This document shows, piece by piece, positions 24,567 to 38,170 of a stretch of DNA of 64,000 nt. Both the position numbers and the translations under genes were made by a program. The notes under the pieces are model-generated. The model worked only from the letters and a program-made list of their open reading frames with translations. It was not told the origin of the DNA and searched no databases. This DNA is from Hydrolagus affinis (taxonomy: Eukaryota), in contig JAAILG010000325.1 in NCBI GenBank assembly GCA_012026655.1, positions 1 to 64,000 on the forward strand, read 5' to 3'. Every line of letters starts with the position of its first letter. The stretch's first letter is position 1.

Positions 24567-24992
24567 GTCTTGTAGCTCAGAACACTTGACTTGAAAGCAA
24601 GAGACGTGGGTTCAATTCCCAGCAGGCTGAAACCTTGGGCAAGTTTCCTTACTCCACACGCCTGATAATAATCCCTTTAAATAAATTGGTCACTCAATCC
24701 ACAATTGTTTGTGGGACACTGCCTTGCACAATTGGCTGCCACATTCACCCACAAATATACAGTCAATTCACTTTACAGTACAGTTTGTGAAACACTTTGA
24801 GACGTCTAGGAAACATGAAATTACCATGTGGGCAACATCTGACACCTTTTTTTTTTGCTTGGTTGCCAATTTCTTTCTTAGGTAAAGTTTATATTTCAAT
24901 GTATGTTTGAGTTTGAGATCCACTGTTAAACTGCTGTATTTTTCTTTCAGGTCAAAAGGGCGCTAAATCAAATGCAAGGATTATTATTATTA
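24567..24992 (+). mobile_element. Deu-SINE, near full length, interrupted by a ~133 bp insert; preceded by an L2 tail at about 24497-24552
   Basis: gtcttgtagctcag head, gggttcaattcc B box, Deu core; tail resumes at about 24954. Confidence 0.88.
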
Positions 24993-25409
24993 TTGGAATC
25001 CCACACATGGAAGGGAAAATAAAAGAAAATGAAACAGAAGGAAGTGAAAGTTCTTATCAGGTTATGCTTTATACACACCGTTAACGTAATTTAAATTTTT
25101 GCAGCAGCGCTCACTGTTGCACTTTCAAAACTCCACTGACAACTTCTATAATTGCTTTCTATATGGGATTCTAGCAATATCACATGCTTTTAGTTTAAAA
25201 ATGACTATCTTTTTGTTTTTTTTCTCTTTCCCACCACTTAGTCAGTCCAAATGCTGCTCTGCTGTTTTCGTTGCTTTCAGATGCACCAATACAGTAGAAT
25301 AAAACACAATTCATATTTATGTATTTCATGTTGAGAGACTGTCTCAAAGTACTGCTCACTGGGAATATGTGCTGGAGGTGGAAACCAAAGGGATGAGGAG
25401 GGAAGAGAT

Positions 25410-25650
25410 GAGGGGTCAAAGATGTGCGTCTTGAGAACAAGAGTACATAAGTTTAGAGATGCAAAGGGCAATTTCAGGACAGACACCAGGAACTATTTTT
25501 TACCAAGAGAGTAATTAACAACTGGAGCAGGTTACCAAGAAGGATTTTTTAAAAAAAATTAAAAACTGCTCACCCTATGATGAGAAGATGAGAAGGTCAT
25601 TATTCTGGAAAGATGAGATCAAGTAGGAGTGAAAGGCCTACTTCATCTAA
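25410..25650 (+). mobile_element. CR1-type LINE 3' fragment
   Basis: ttcaggacagacaccaggaactatttttt...agagagtaattaacaactggagcaggttacca resembles the CR1 ORF2 end (R-FF-RV-WN-LP). Confidence 0.6.
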
Positions 25651-27324
25651 ACTGTTCTGGTAAACTGGATTGTTTCTGCCTTATCAATAATTGCCTTATA
25701 TAGCAACAAAAAACACATTTAAAGAGAGCCTTTCACGTCAGGAGGACATCCCAAGGTGCTGAACTAAAACGCTTTGAGACTTATCTATCTGTTCCTACAG
25801 TAGCCATTGCATTATGATAAAAGCAGTAAGTCCTGTTAAGAGCTTGAAGATGTTTGGAAGTTATGGACACTATATAGAGTGCAAATATTATTATTATTTA
25901 TTCTATTAGTGGCTTAATATTAAGACAGAGCTGTTCCTAGGAATGTTGACAAAACTAACAAATTATAATCACAAACTCCCTCTCAATATGTGACTGCCAA
26001 TTTGATGTCCAACTAGCGAGCTACTTTTCTGGGAAATAAAATAGAAGTGAAATGAGAAGCAGATGAATAATCTGTTTTCTCGGATGAAGATAATTGGTTG
26101 CCAGACAATGATTCCCAGAGGAAAATGACAACTCCGGCTAAGAAACTATATGTGGAAAAATGAACACAGCATAGGAGGGACTGTGATTTTTAAAAAAATA
26201 TAATAAAATCACGCGCTGTGTGAGTTTGGGACATTTTCCTAACGTGAAAGGCGCTATGCAAATGTAATGTTGTCATTGTTATTTGGTATGGGAGGGGAAA
26301 AAGTGGATGAGAATTCAGTAGTGGTGCTTAAAAATCATAATTGTAGGTCGGGTATCAATTGTGCACAATGTGTGAAACTTATACAGAAGTGATGCTTTGG
26401 GCAATAGATGTTTACCATTGATGCAGCCTTGATATTAATGTGTAATGGTATAGCAGCACCAACTAAAACATGGCTCAATCTGCTCTCAGATGTTGATTTC
26501 TCTGTTACGGTTGGTTCAAAGTTACACATGCAGGATTACTGTACAAAATGCTCAGCCAGAGATTTGAGTTGTTTGCCTATTTTATCCAGTGTCCAAAGTA
26601 ACGATGTGCGACTGAATTGATTCCAGGGTATAAATTTCACAAAGTTGAAATACTGTATGTGACAAAACTGGACTCTTTTAAAAAAGAGGCACCGACTGCA
26701 TTTCTTTTCTGTTTTTGGTAATGATACAATGGCTGATGACTGACTACCTGTTGAATATTTAAGGGTTGCTTTGAAAGCTATGCATTAAAGTGTGGCTTGA
26801 CATTTGTATAGAATGCGGGGATTTGGTTTCTGCGATTGTATGATTTGTGGCGCATCTTTTTAATGAAACACGCTTCCTGGAATAGCGTGTCTGCAAACCA
26901 GACAGAGAAGCAACCAGAAAACCCAATGCACTGAAATGCAATGCCAGAACAGACAAAAACCATTTCGATCGGGACAGGCAGAGCATCTGGTCAGTTCATA
27001 GCTGTTTAAAAATACATCTACAATACTTTTCGACCAGAAAGGAATCAGCATGTCATCGCTGTCCAATGTTTTCACACTGTCAGGAACAGAAACAGACCCT
27101 CCCTGTGATATTTCAGCTCAGGCTGTTGCAATTGAAAACTTTGCAAGAAATAGAGTAGAAAAACCATGATATATTCTCCCCAAATGGTTATCTACCATTT
27201 AATTAGATACAGATCAGCTAAAGTTCACTGAAGAACATACACCTCAGGTAAACTAAATGGGCACCCGCGTTTAAGAAGTCATGGAAATTTTCACATTGTG
27301 GAACAGAAGGTTCACACTCCCCCT

Positions 27325-27397
27325 GTGCAGCGCCTTGGGACGTCCTCCCGACGTGAAAGGCGCTCTATAAATGTAATTTGTTGTTGTTGTTGTTGTT
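27325..27397 (+). mobile_element. L2 extreme 3' end (stem-loop plus (ttg)n)
   Basis: cagcgccttgggacgtcctcccgacgtgaaaggcgctctataaatgtaatttgttgttg. Confidence 0.8.
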
Positions 27398-30300
27398 CAA
27401 ATTATTTAAAAAAAATATTCAGTGTGTCCCAATAGGGAATAGACAGGAATAGAAGAGTGGATAAGGAGGGTTAGTGGCATGTGTGGAGTATGGACAATTT
27501 GAGCCAAAAGGCCTGTTTCTATGCTATATGTAATTTTTTTTCAAACATTTTTTCTCCCCACTGGCCTCTGCTCTAGAAATGTAATTTTGTTGTTGTTGTA
27601 GCCACTACACCCTGAAACTCAGAAACACTCTTCCTTTGTCCCTCTGCCTTGCCCCTTCCTTCCCCATCTTCAGGATGCACCTGAAGACCTTTCCGTTCAA
27701 CCAAGCCTATGGTTACCTCCACCCCCATGACAGTCAAGCCTCTTCTCCTCTGGCTGCCATATATGCACATTGCCAGTGAGGGTTATTTTAGAGGCAACTC
27801 CTCCCTAACTGGGGAGGGCGAAGGCTAATTTGACCTCATTGCCTTCCTGGTTGAGACAAGTTAACTGTGTGAGCCAGGGTTCAGAACAGCGAGCTCCTTA
27901 TCTGTACTATATCCACTGCGCTGACTTGTTGGTTCGACGACTTTCTTGCAACTAAAACCGAACAAGATATATAATTGTTCGGTTTTAATTTGCACGGCTA
28001 AAATGAACCGGGAATTTATACCATTAATGTTATTTGACATGTGTTGTGACAGACATTCAGTTCAAATACATTACACCTTATTCCTTTGTTTGGCTGACTC
28101 CTTGCATTACACGTTGTTAACAGATGTCACAAATCCAAGTTTTAAAAATAAATTGAGTCTTACATTTTGCATGACTTGTATCCTTCCTGTCATTTATTAG
28201 CTTATATCTTGGGATACCAGATGCTCCTGAGAGATGTGAGCCGTCAAGAAGTTGCAGTTTCAAAGGGGCTGTGTTGGTGTGATAAGGTGGCATGCTATAT
28301 CATTGAGCATCAGGCCTATGGTGTGCGTACTGTAATGCTTTATGTGTTGTCGCTGCCCAAAAGAAAATTTTAATTTGGCAATAGATCAACTCTGCAAAAT
28401 CAGCAATTTCTTAATATTTAAGCAGATGGAGACAATTACATTAATAATTTAGGAGAAGAACACCCTCCCAGCTGCCATTCTACACCATAATAATCATGTT
28501 TTTTTTAAAGTTTCTGTTTATACAGTCTGTAATTTAATACTTTACTTCACTTTAAAATATCTAGTTCTGGATCATTATTAAAATATGCCACTTATAACAA
28601 TTTAGAATTGCCTTTTATAACTGTAATGGGCTGATTAATTTGTTTTGAGTCCTCTCAAAAAATACACCCACTGAACTCCCTAAATTTTCCATTTGTCACA
28701 ACATCTGCAACCTGCCCTTCCTTTCCAAGGTACTGAAATGCTTCATTGCCTTCAAGCTTTGCTCCTTTCCTTCCCCACACCCTGTGTTGTTCTATGAGTC
28801 ACTCAAATTTGGCACCAGCCACACCCGCAGTATCGACAACTCCAGTCAGCATCTTAACACAACGTACTCTCTGCCGGTGACTAGGGCTCCTTGTCTTCCA
28901 CAATCTCTCTGCTGCCTTTAACGCAGTTGACTATCCTTCACTATGTCTAGTTCAAAGTTATTCTCTACTGCTCTACAATTCTCTTTTTCTGTCCCCATTT
29001 TGCAGTAGTTCAACTTTAGGATCCTAATCATTATAAGTACCCCTATGGCTTTGCCTCGCCCTCTCTCTTGCTACCCTGCTGCCTTGGCCACCCACTGTGC
29101 TCTACCAACAGCAGCCTGCTTCATGCTTCCCACCTGCTTCACCCCACCATTAGTCAGTGATTTGGTAAATAAATGAATCGTTGTTGGTGGTTTCCATGAT
29201 GTTTGTGAAATAACTCACATGTTCCGTAGATTTCAGACACAGCTCATGGTATTGCATCATTGCTTTGCAATATTGGATCTCGAGTGTAGTACGTTGATGC
29301 ATTTGAGATCAGAGAAGGCAGATTTCCTCTATTTCGAGATAATAATAGACGCAAGTGTTTTGGTGACTTGTGTGTTGAATGACATCTGAATCTGATTGTT
29401 GTCTTGCTTCCCATTTCTCTGAAGTGGAAAATATTATTTTGCAGGCGGTTTCCTTTTGAGGTTTGTCAATTTGGTAAGTTAAACTTAAAAGAAGGGGAAA
29501 GGTTGTTAATCACCTCTACATTCCAAGAATAATAGCTTTGAGTTATTGAATGCTGGAGCATTTCACTGGATGATTTTTGAGTCTTGTTAGAGACAAGAAA
29601 GGTTATACCATCACTGCACCTGAGGAAATCACTATCAACCTTATGTTCACGGATAGGAAATTTACACTTAGTGTAATGAAAATGACCTTTGCTGTCTTTG
29701 CCGATTCTTCTAACATTTTCACTGTTCTAACATTTTCACTGTTCTCGCACATGGCAACTAGCACACATGAACTCTTAGTTTAAACTGGGTTCAACCTCTC
29801 ATTCCAAAGGCTGTCTTAAAATAAGGAAGTGCAGTGGTGCACTGAAGAGCAATTCTCTCATGACAGAATATTTAAAAATTGTAGTTATAATGAGAAGGAG
29901 AATTGCTTTAGATGCCACATATTGTTTCTACTATGACCGTTGTTTCTTAAGGAATTGTTTACAACATCTACATTTGTCGCAAAGTCGCTGTAGACAGCGA
30001 CTCCCTAAGAACTCTGTGTTAATATCTGGTGCGTGCGTGCATGACAGTGCATTGCTGTCACTTTCTGTAAACCTACATAAAAGGCTCATTGATAATTTCA
30101 CTGGGATAGCGAGCCTGATTTTCCTTTCTGGCATGAAGGTGCATATTTGAGGTCTTGTATAGCTCTGGCCTACTTCTGCATTCACACATGAAAATCTGAA
30201 CCTGACTTGTGTTTTGCTAAATGGGACAGTGTCAAATGACTACTGTTTTGTGATATTTTGATACGAAACCAAAGGTAATATAAGGACCAATTGAGTGCAA

Positions 30301-31349
30301 GAGAGAATTCTACTGGGAATTAATGCATCCTGCTTTTGAGAGATTTGAATGCAAGTCTCAAAGAAGACATATCTTTCCTTATCTTATCTTTCCGTATCTT
30401 TTCATACCTATATTATGGGGAAAATCACTTATAGTGAAAGTGAACAAGTCTCCTTTTCTTAGACTGGTTTAATAGATGATTTGGGGAACAGTTCAGGATT
30501 TTGTTGGAATATGTATCAGCCAGAATATGTTCGCAATTTATACCATGACTGTTTATTTGAAAAGAATTGTGCAGCTGTGAATGACACAACCGATTGCAAT
30601 GTTCCAGCTGTAGCTACAAGTAAGACAATGCTTTTCTACTCTAGAAGACTGTTTAACAAATTAGATTTGTTACAACATTATGAAATAATCACAGGCTTTT
30701 AAAATTCTAAAATTTTAAAATTGATACTTACTGTATCTCCATCCCTCCCACCCAGGTAAGATCTTCAGGGAGAATAAAATTTTAACATTTTTGCCATTGA
30801 AATGTTGGCGTCAAATTGAAGTCATTTCCTGATTTGAACAATGAACCTGGGTAGAAGTCACTTCATATCTTGAAGTCATTCCATTGAATAAAATAGTTTA
30901 TCCAGGGGATAAAAAGTTAACACCCCTCACTATTCTTAGACATTAATAATTGACTCAGAGATTTTGACCTTTTCAACACTTAATTTTAGTAAATACCCCA
31001 TGATGTGTCACAATAGTTAAAGTTTCTCAGTAGTTTATTGCAAGTCTCCATCAGGTCTGCTTTTTTTAACAAAAACTGCATCCATTCATTAAAGTGTGAT
31101 TACAAAAACAGATTCTGTCTCCTTTGCATGCCAGGCGGTTTGAGCATATGGTTGTGCTGATATTTTGGCTTATTAACATGATCAGAAGTGCCAAATTCAT
31201 TCCAAAAGAATTGAATGTTTCCATGTGTATAAATTACCTCACTGTTTAGAGTGTGGGAAACGTCAAGCAAAGACTCTATCAAGATTGAAAACTTGGTGCT
31301 GTTCTCAAATCAAATCCTGTGCCATATCTTATTTAATTTAGGCAACCCC

Positions 31350-31680
31350 TCTCAGCTGGTAGAAGTCTTGTCTCTGAATCAAACGGTTATGGCTTCAAAC
31401 CACACATCAGTCTAGTCTGACCCTCGAATGCAGTTCTAGGAGGTGCTGACCTTTGGATGAGATTTCAAACTGAGCTCCCATCTGTAATGACACTTTTTAA
31501 GTTTCTTATAATGCCCTGGCCAACAATCCTCCCGATAGAATTGACCATTTATCTATTGCTGTTTGTGGGACATCGCCTTTTGCATTCATATTACCACTTT
31601 TATGTACAAATATTTTACACTTTACAGAAAATCCCGTGAAGCACTCTGAAATTTTTCACTACATCAAACAAGGATTACTG
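31350..31680 (+). mobile_element. Old SacSINE1/AmnSINE1-like SINE
   Basis: ctcagctggtag head, ggaggtgctgacctttggatgagatttcaaactgag, ttgctgtttgtgggaca Deu core. Confidence 0.6.
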
Positions 31681-34600
31681 TAATACTGTAATTCAAGTGA
31701 AGATAAATAATTAAGAAAATCCCTTGTGAGCTTTAGAACATTAAGTTCTTAAAATGTGTCAATTTGTCAGAAAACCTATTGTAAAGGAATGATCAGGTTA
31801 ATTGCTCTATTAAAAATTTACAGTACTTGATCCTCAGAACATGAGGGTTTAAAGGTAATAGACACTCTACTCCATTAGTGGTGCTAAACAAGCTTCTTCT
31901 CCACCAACTACCAGTACAAACTATAGCCTACAAATGTAGGTTAATTGCAATAATAAATATTGAAAACATTACTGCGTTATCTATATGCCCTCACAGCACA
32001 AGTGCTTAAAATAATTGACATTCCATTAGTATTGGTGAAAGGGTTTCATCTCTCTCCTGCTAATAACTATAGATTTTTTTCTGCTAATGTTACTGAAGCT
32101 ATAGACGTTGGACCTTGGTTAATAGGTACAAAATATTGGGGGAATTTCCTCCTCCCCTCACAAATTGGCATCAATCAGCTTCTAATAGCCAGTCATTTTG
32201 ATTGGGTAATAAGGAATTTGAATGGTGACTTCAAAAATACTGAGTTCTAACCTACTAACCTCACTGTGAAAGTAGATTGTGTTGGAGCAGAGTTCTTCTG
32301 AATCAAGAGTGATGCACATCTGGTTTCTATATTAAGGAATACTGTTGGAAGATATTAGACTCCATTGACAATATTAAAGTTGAATTTAAGTGGGATTAGG
32401 AAAGACATCGTGCAGAACTGAGGTCCTGCTCTTGTTTATGTGAGCATTAAATTCACTATTCAAAAAGAGAAAGGAGTTTCTTTCAATGTGCTAGTTAACA
32501 ATCCTCCCAGGTAAAATTGGTCATTCACTTCATGACTTGTTTGTGAGACATTGTTCTGTGACATTTGCTGCCACTTTTGCTTATAAAATATGAGGTCATT
32601 AAATTGTATGTCCTGTGAAGATGGCCTTGAGATGGTCTCTTGAGGTGAAATACACCAAATGCAAGAATTATTATTGTAACCTCACAGTAGCATTGTGTTT
32701 TATGAATTAATAAGAAGATGATTAATGCCCTCAAGGTCATAGTGAACTGGTGCTGAATCATTTCGATGACTGATGCTACAGAAATGTCGGCAAGCCAAAG
32801 TGACTGAGGAAGGCAAAGAATTTAATACATCAGTGAGTTAAAAAAAACTTCCATTAAAACCCAACTGATTACACAATAGATGCAAATAATATTAATATGG
32901 AAACTTTGGACACAAATTAATTCGGACACAAATTAAGTTACAAAAAAAGGAAAGTGACATATATTATGAAACAAGCCAAATGAGGCAGGGATGTTGATGG
33001 AAACAGTATTCAAATAATAATAATAATATCTGTTTCAAAATATCTTCAGTAGAAAGAATAAAAGTCTACTCTCTGTTGGTTTATTCAGACCATATTTACA
33101 ATATTCTCAAATAATAAGTTAATCGCATAATTGTTACCGGATGAGAATCAGAATTGTAATCTGATTACAGAACATAGTTATTCTGCTTTACAGTGAATTC
33201 TGTGGAGTGCTTTGAAGCATCACAAAGAGGTGATAAGGTGTAATATCAAATGCAAGGATTATTATTATTTTGAATAATGGGCTGATGTCCTTCCAAAACC
33301 AGGCTTGATTGATGTACTAGAATCTCTGCGTATTAAATCTTATGTCCTCCCGACGTGAAAGGTATACAAATGTCAATTTGTTATTCTTATTCTGTCTCAG
33401 TTTAGAAATGTATGTACTGTATTTTCCATCTGCATTACTATACTGTCTCTGTCTCTCCTTGTTTTTATATAAATATTATCACCTCTTGTTCACCCCGAAC
33501 CTTTACTTCTCCAGGTACAAAACACTATAGAGACATGTTCCATTCTGCAATTACAACAACATGCATTTATGTATTGCCCCTCATGTGGGATAATTGTCTC
33601 TGAGTGCTTTACAAAGACGGTCATGGTTTACAGCACAGAAGAAAGCCATTAGAGATGAACAGTTATTTGCTGAAGTTGTCTGAGCTCCGGTCTGACATTC
33701 TCTGATTCTAATGTCTTGTGTATTTTCCTGGAAATGGAGCGATGCAAAGCAGGAAGCAAAGCATTCCAAAATCAAGCCTTTCACATTATTATTAAAAACT
33801 GGTCATTAGTAAAATGCTCTAAAACCTTTTAGGGCATTCAAGGTACTAATGGGAGAGAAGGTGTAATTCAATTCCAACCTTTATAGTGCTGCAGAGTGAA
33901 TCAACCTATTCTCTGTTTCCAATGATTCTAGAATCTCACTCTCTCGGTCTCACAACAGCAACTTGCATTTATACGATAATAAAATAATAAACCTTGCATT
34001 TGATATAGCGCTTGTCACATCTTCTAGAGATCTATAAGTGCTTCACAGAATATACTGTACAGTGAATTGACTATATTTGTGGGCAAAACAGCCATATAAT
34101 GGCCTCTTCACAGGTAACGTCTCGGAAAGCTAACAGTCCCAACCAGCTCCACACATTTGATATCCTTAACCTGGTATCATCCCAGTGCATATCCAGAAAA
34201 AGAAGCAGTTTTCCCCCCTCCTAAATAATAAATGTGCAGACTATACTTTCTGCTGGTGCAACTTATACACGGTTAAAAATACAAATTAGATGGCCATTTG
34301 ACGAGGCTAGAGATTCTGAGTTGTAGGGATAAATGCAGGTAAATACAATGTTTCTGAGCTATCAAAATCGTGGCAATGTCTCACCAAAAAGAGACCTGGT
34401 TATGGGTGAACTCTGCAGGTTGTGAGGTCAGATTGGTATGCTGGAGTTTTGCTGGTTGCCTTTTTGTTGGGGGGGAAAGAGTATAGAGAGACACTTTCCA
34501 ACCCCTTTCTACAGAATCCATGAACTTTTTCATTCCCGGCATTATATTGTCCTTCAAATGTTTCTACTCTTCTATGCTCCAGTTTAATATTCCAAATCCT

Positions 34601-37600
34601 TGTTAAGATTCCAACATAATGAGTACCATATGGTGGCTTCTCTTCAATCTGATTAAAAGCTCAGTAAAATATGTTTTTGTTTAGATTACTGATATCTGCC
34701 AAATCCATTTTACTGTTTGCCTTTCCAAAGCAAAGAGAATTCCTTTTTCCACCCCCGTTGACCAGCTACATTTCACAACAACAAACACTGGGCACAACAC
34801 AGTTGTCCCTTCACTGCCTGATGCCAATAACAATGACTTTCCACCAGCCAGACACAATATGTTCTCATGCTAAGGAATTGGAAAAGAACAAACACTTCCT
34901 CAGAAAGAAACTGAAACCAGAACCAGATGAATAGAAAATGCAGTGTGAACCGAACTATCCCACAGCTGCATTAACTTGCAATCCACATAACTCACTGTTC
35001 GGCTTCTGAGAACCTACCGCTGAGGGTTTCAATTTTTTTTTAATATGCTGCAAACACCACAAAACAAGGTTTTTGGTTAGGGTAAATAGAGAGAAGAGAT
35101 TAATTCCGCCATCACTCATCACCAGTGCTGTTTATGAGTTTATAGAGTTGCTTAATATATCTAATAATAATGATCCTTGCAGTTCAGAAAGCGGCTTAAT
35201 CAAGTCTTCGAGACATCTTAAAGCGTTTTACAGAATATACTGTGAAGTGTAATGACTGTGTATTTTGTGAACGATAAAGGTAGCACAATACTGTGTTTCT
35301 CTTCACTGCCTGATGCCAACAACAATGACTTCTGGTCTTTTGTGTGTCCTTCTATTCTTGAACCCTTAAGGTCTTTGAGATGGTACACCTGAGATAAGAC
35401 GTACATCTTTCCAGAATTTGTTTCTGTGTACATTTCTGACCTTCGTCCTACACCAATCTACCATTCCCCCCCACCACAGCATCAAACTGCTTGTCAGTTT
35501 TGATCACCAGTAGCGGCAGATGATCTAATTAGACTTTCACAATAATCTATTTTACTTATAATTAAAAACAGATAAAGCTACGGAAATCCTGTAGGACACT
35601 TATAATTTAATCTGAAATGGATTGAGGCTACCCAAATTCACTTTATTCAAGCTTGTTTATTGTCAGCAACCAATGGAGAAAGGAGACTTGGCACCATTAA
35701 GTTTGACATCCTTCCTTGTGTACAAAATAGTTTTGTTTAAATAGTGGGCATGGATGACATAATTGGAGGAGTTGTTCTAAAATCACATGGTATTGTGAAA
35801 AATTGCATTTTTCACAAACGAGAAGCTGGTCTAGTCTGCAACAGAAATATCATAATTTATTACAATATGCTGAAATAAATTGTGGGAAAAAGTTACCCAA
35901 ATTGGCTTTTGGCTTTCTGACCTTTTGTCTGACTTTTGGGGCTTTCTAATTTTCAATCAGATCCAATGGTTTGCTGTTGCCCAGAAAATACTAAAGACAA
36001 AAGGTCGGAAAGAATTTAGAAACTAGTATGGGTAATCATGTCAGCAGGCAATAATAGTATATGTCAGACTTACTAAATGTATCCCTTGGTACATACTTAG
36101 TGTTCATTTCAAGATTCCATTGAAAACTTTCCATTAGTAAGAAAAGTAACATTTCAATGACATCAGTTGTATTTATAATTGTAATTCTCGGCTTCATAGA
36201 TAAGCTACTTGTAAGAGAAGAAATCTACGGAAAGCTGGTATGCCTTACATTCAGAGGTTATTGACAGATGTTGGACTGAAGGTAGAGAGAAAGGTTTGTG
36301 TTTCCGTGGCGGAAACAGGCCTTTCTTTCCTTTCATATTGAGTTCCTTTTGTCGGGGAATACAGGCTTGGTGCCGAAGCAAAGGGAACTAAAAATGATTT
36401 GGGTGGTTTGAAATGCGTTGTCTATTAACACTGCTTTGAAGGGTTCTGAAACCAAGAAAATTGCCCATTACTACCAAACCTGCAGTGTACACTGAGCATT
36501 TACTTCTACATGTTTTCCCATGCAGCTGTTATGCAAAGAAAACAGTTTGAGTGGAGAACACTTACTCCCATTATGAAATTTGGAGGAATGCCCTCTACAT
36601 TTTAAAAGGTTTGTTGTGAAATTCTTTCCAGGATGTGGTTAAGGTTCTGTTTTCTGCATTAACAAAAGTTAAACCTCTGTTAATTACTTAGGGATGAGAA
36701 AGACCATTTCAGCCAAGAAGCCTCCACAGATATGCAAAACTCACGCTATCATGGAGCCACAAACCCATTCAAACATATTGGCGTGTACAATAGATTCTTC
36801 CTAAATTCAAGCATCTTATTCCTGAAGTTGATCAAGTTTAAAATAAAATCCAAGATGGTCATCCTTCTCCACATGTGAGGTGTCAAGCATTAGCTTTCCT
36901 TTGCTCATGACGCCTCTGGCACCTCCTTCCATCATCACAAAAATCACTGGGTCCTATTGTGCTCATTTGTGCCTCCAATGTGTAATCTCCAATATTTGTT
37001 TCAAGCAGATATGTTGTTTTTTGCAAAGGAATTGTAATGTACTATCTCACATCAACTACTTTTGTTGGGACTCTCTCCTTTATAATGTCTTGCAAATGTT
37101 CTATATTTGGTGATGGAGGGGGGCTCTCTAATCCGGGTTAAGATTTCTTCAATTTAATTCTGTATCCTCCGTTCCTTGGTAATTTTGTAGATCACGTCTT
37201 CATCCATTTGCTTTACCAATAACTGCTGGTGACTATACAACTGTACAATTCATCCTTCTATTTTAATTGAAAGCTTAGTTTTTTTTCAAAGCATCTTGTG
37301 AGCAACCTCACATTCCTTTCCCCTTGGCTAAGTTAATTTCATTCTACGCTAATTTCCATGCTGCAAGGTTATGTTGTTTATTCAAAATTGAATTTTTCCC
37401 TGTGAGTTTACTCCACATTTCATAATGAATGGGGAGTCTTTAGAATGTTTGAGCATTGAATGTGTTCCTGCTGATGTGGTGTGTAGATAATAACCTAAAT
37501 AAACAAAAAAAAGGAACATCTTTTCAGTGCTAAGTAAATAAGATAGTGTTTAGCTGTGGGGCAGAACAAATGCCTTTAAAGATGAGAAAACTTTGTTAAA

Positions 37601-38039
37601 AGCTAATAAAACCTTGACATATTAGGTATATTTCCAATAATAACAAATTACACTTACACCGATCTTTCATGTCAAGAAAACATCCCAAAGCGTTTCACAC
37701 GGCTGCCTGGGAACACAAACTTGGAAGGGCCTTGGAGGAGAAGGTTGTCCAAAGCTTGGTTGAAGAAATAAAGTTCTTAAGAGGGGTCTTGAAGCTAAAG
37801 GGGGTGAGGAGGTGGAGTGGGGAGACGTTAATGGTGAAGGTACTATCAGTTGGACTGCAGCATTGGTTGGGACAATGCAAGAAACACCCTTATCTTTTGG
37901 AATAGTGGCTTAGATAGGTGTCTCGGAGGAAGAAGTGACAAGGGAAATCATTTAGTTAGAATGAATTAGGGCATGTCTTCATACAATAAAATGTAGTATT
38001 GTAATGTAACCGTTTCGCCCACAAATATACATCAATTCT

Positions 38040-38170
38040 CCTACTCTTCTTCCCCCTACCCCGATCCCTTCCCGCCCCCCGCTCTGGTTCCAACCTGATT
38101 GTTCAGCGCTTTAGGACATCCTCCCAATGTGAAAGGTACTATATAAATGTAATTTTGTTGTTGTTGTTGT
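38040..38170 (+). mobile_element. L2 3' end
   Basis: Pyrimidine-rich UTR, cagcgctttaggacatcctcccaatgtgaaagg, (ttg)n. Confidence 0.75.
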
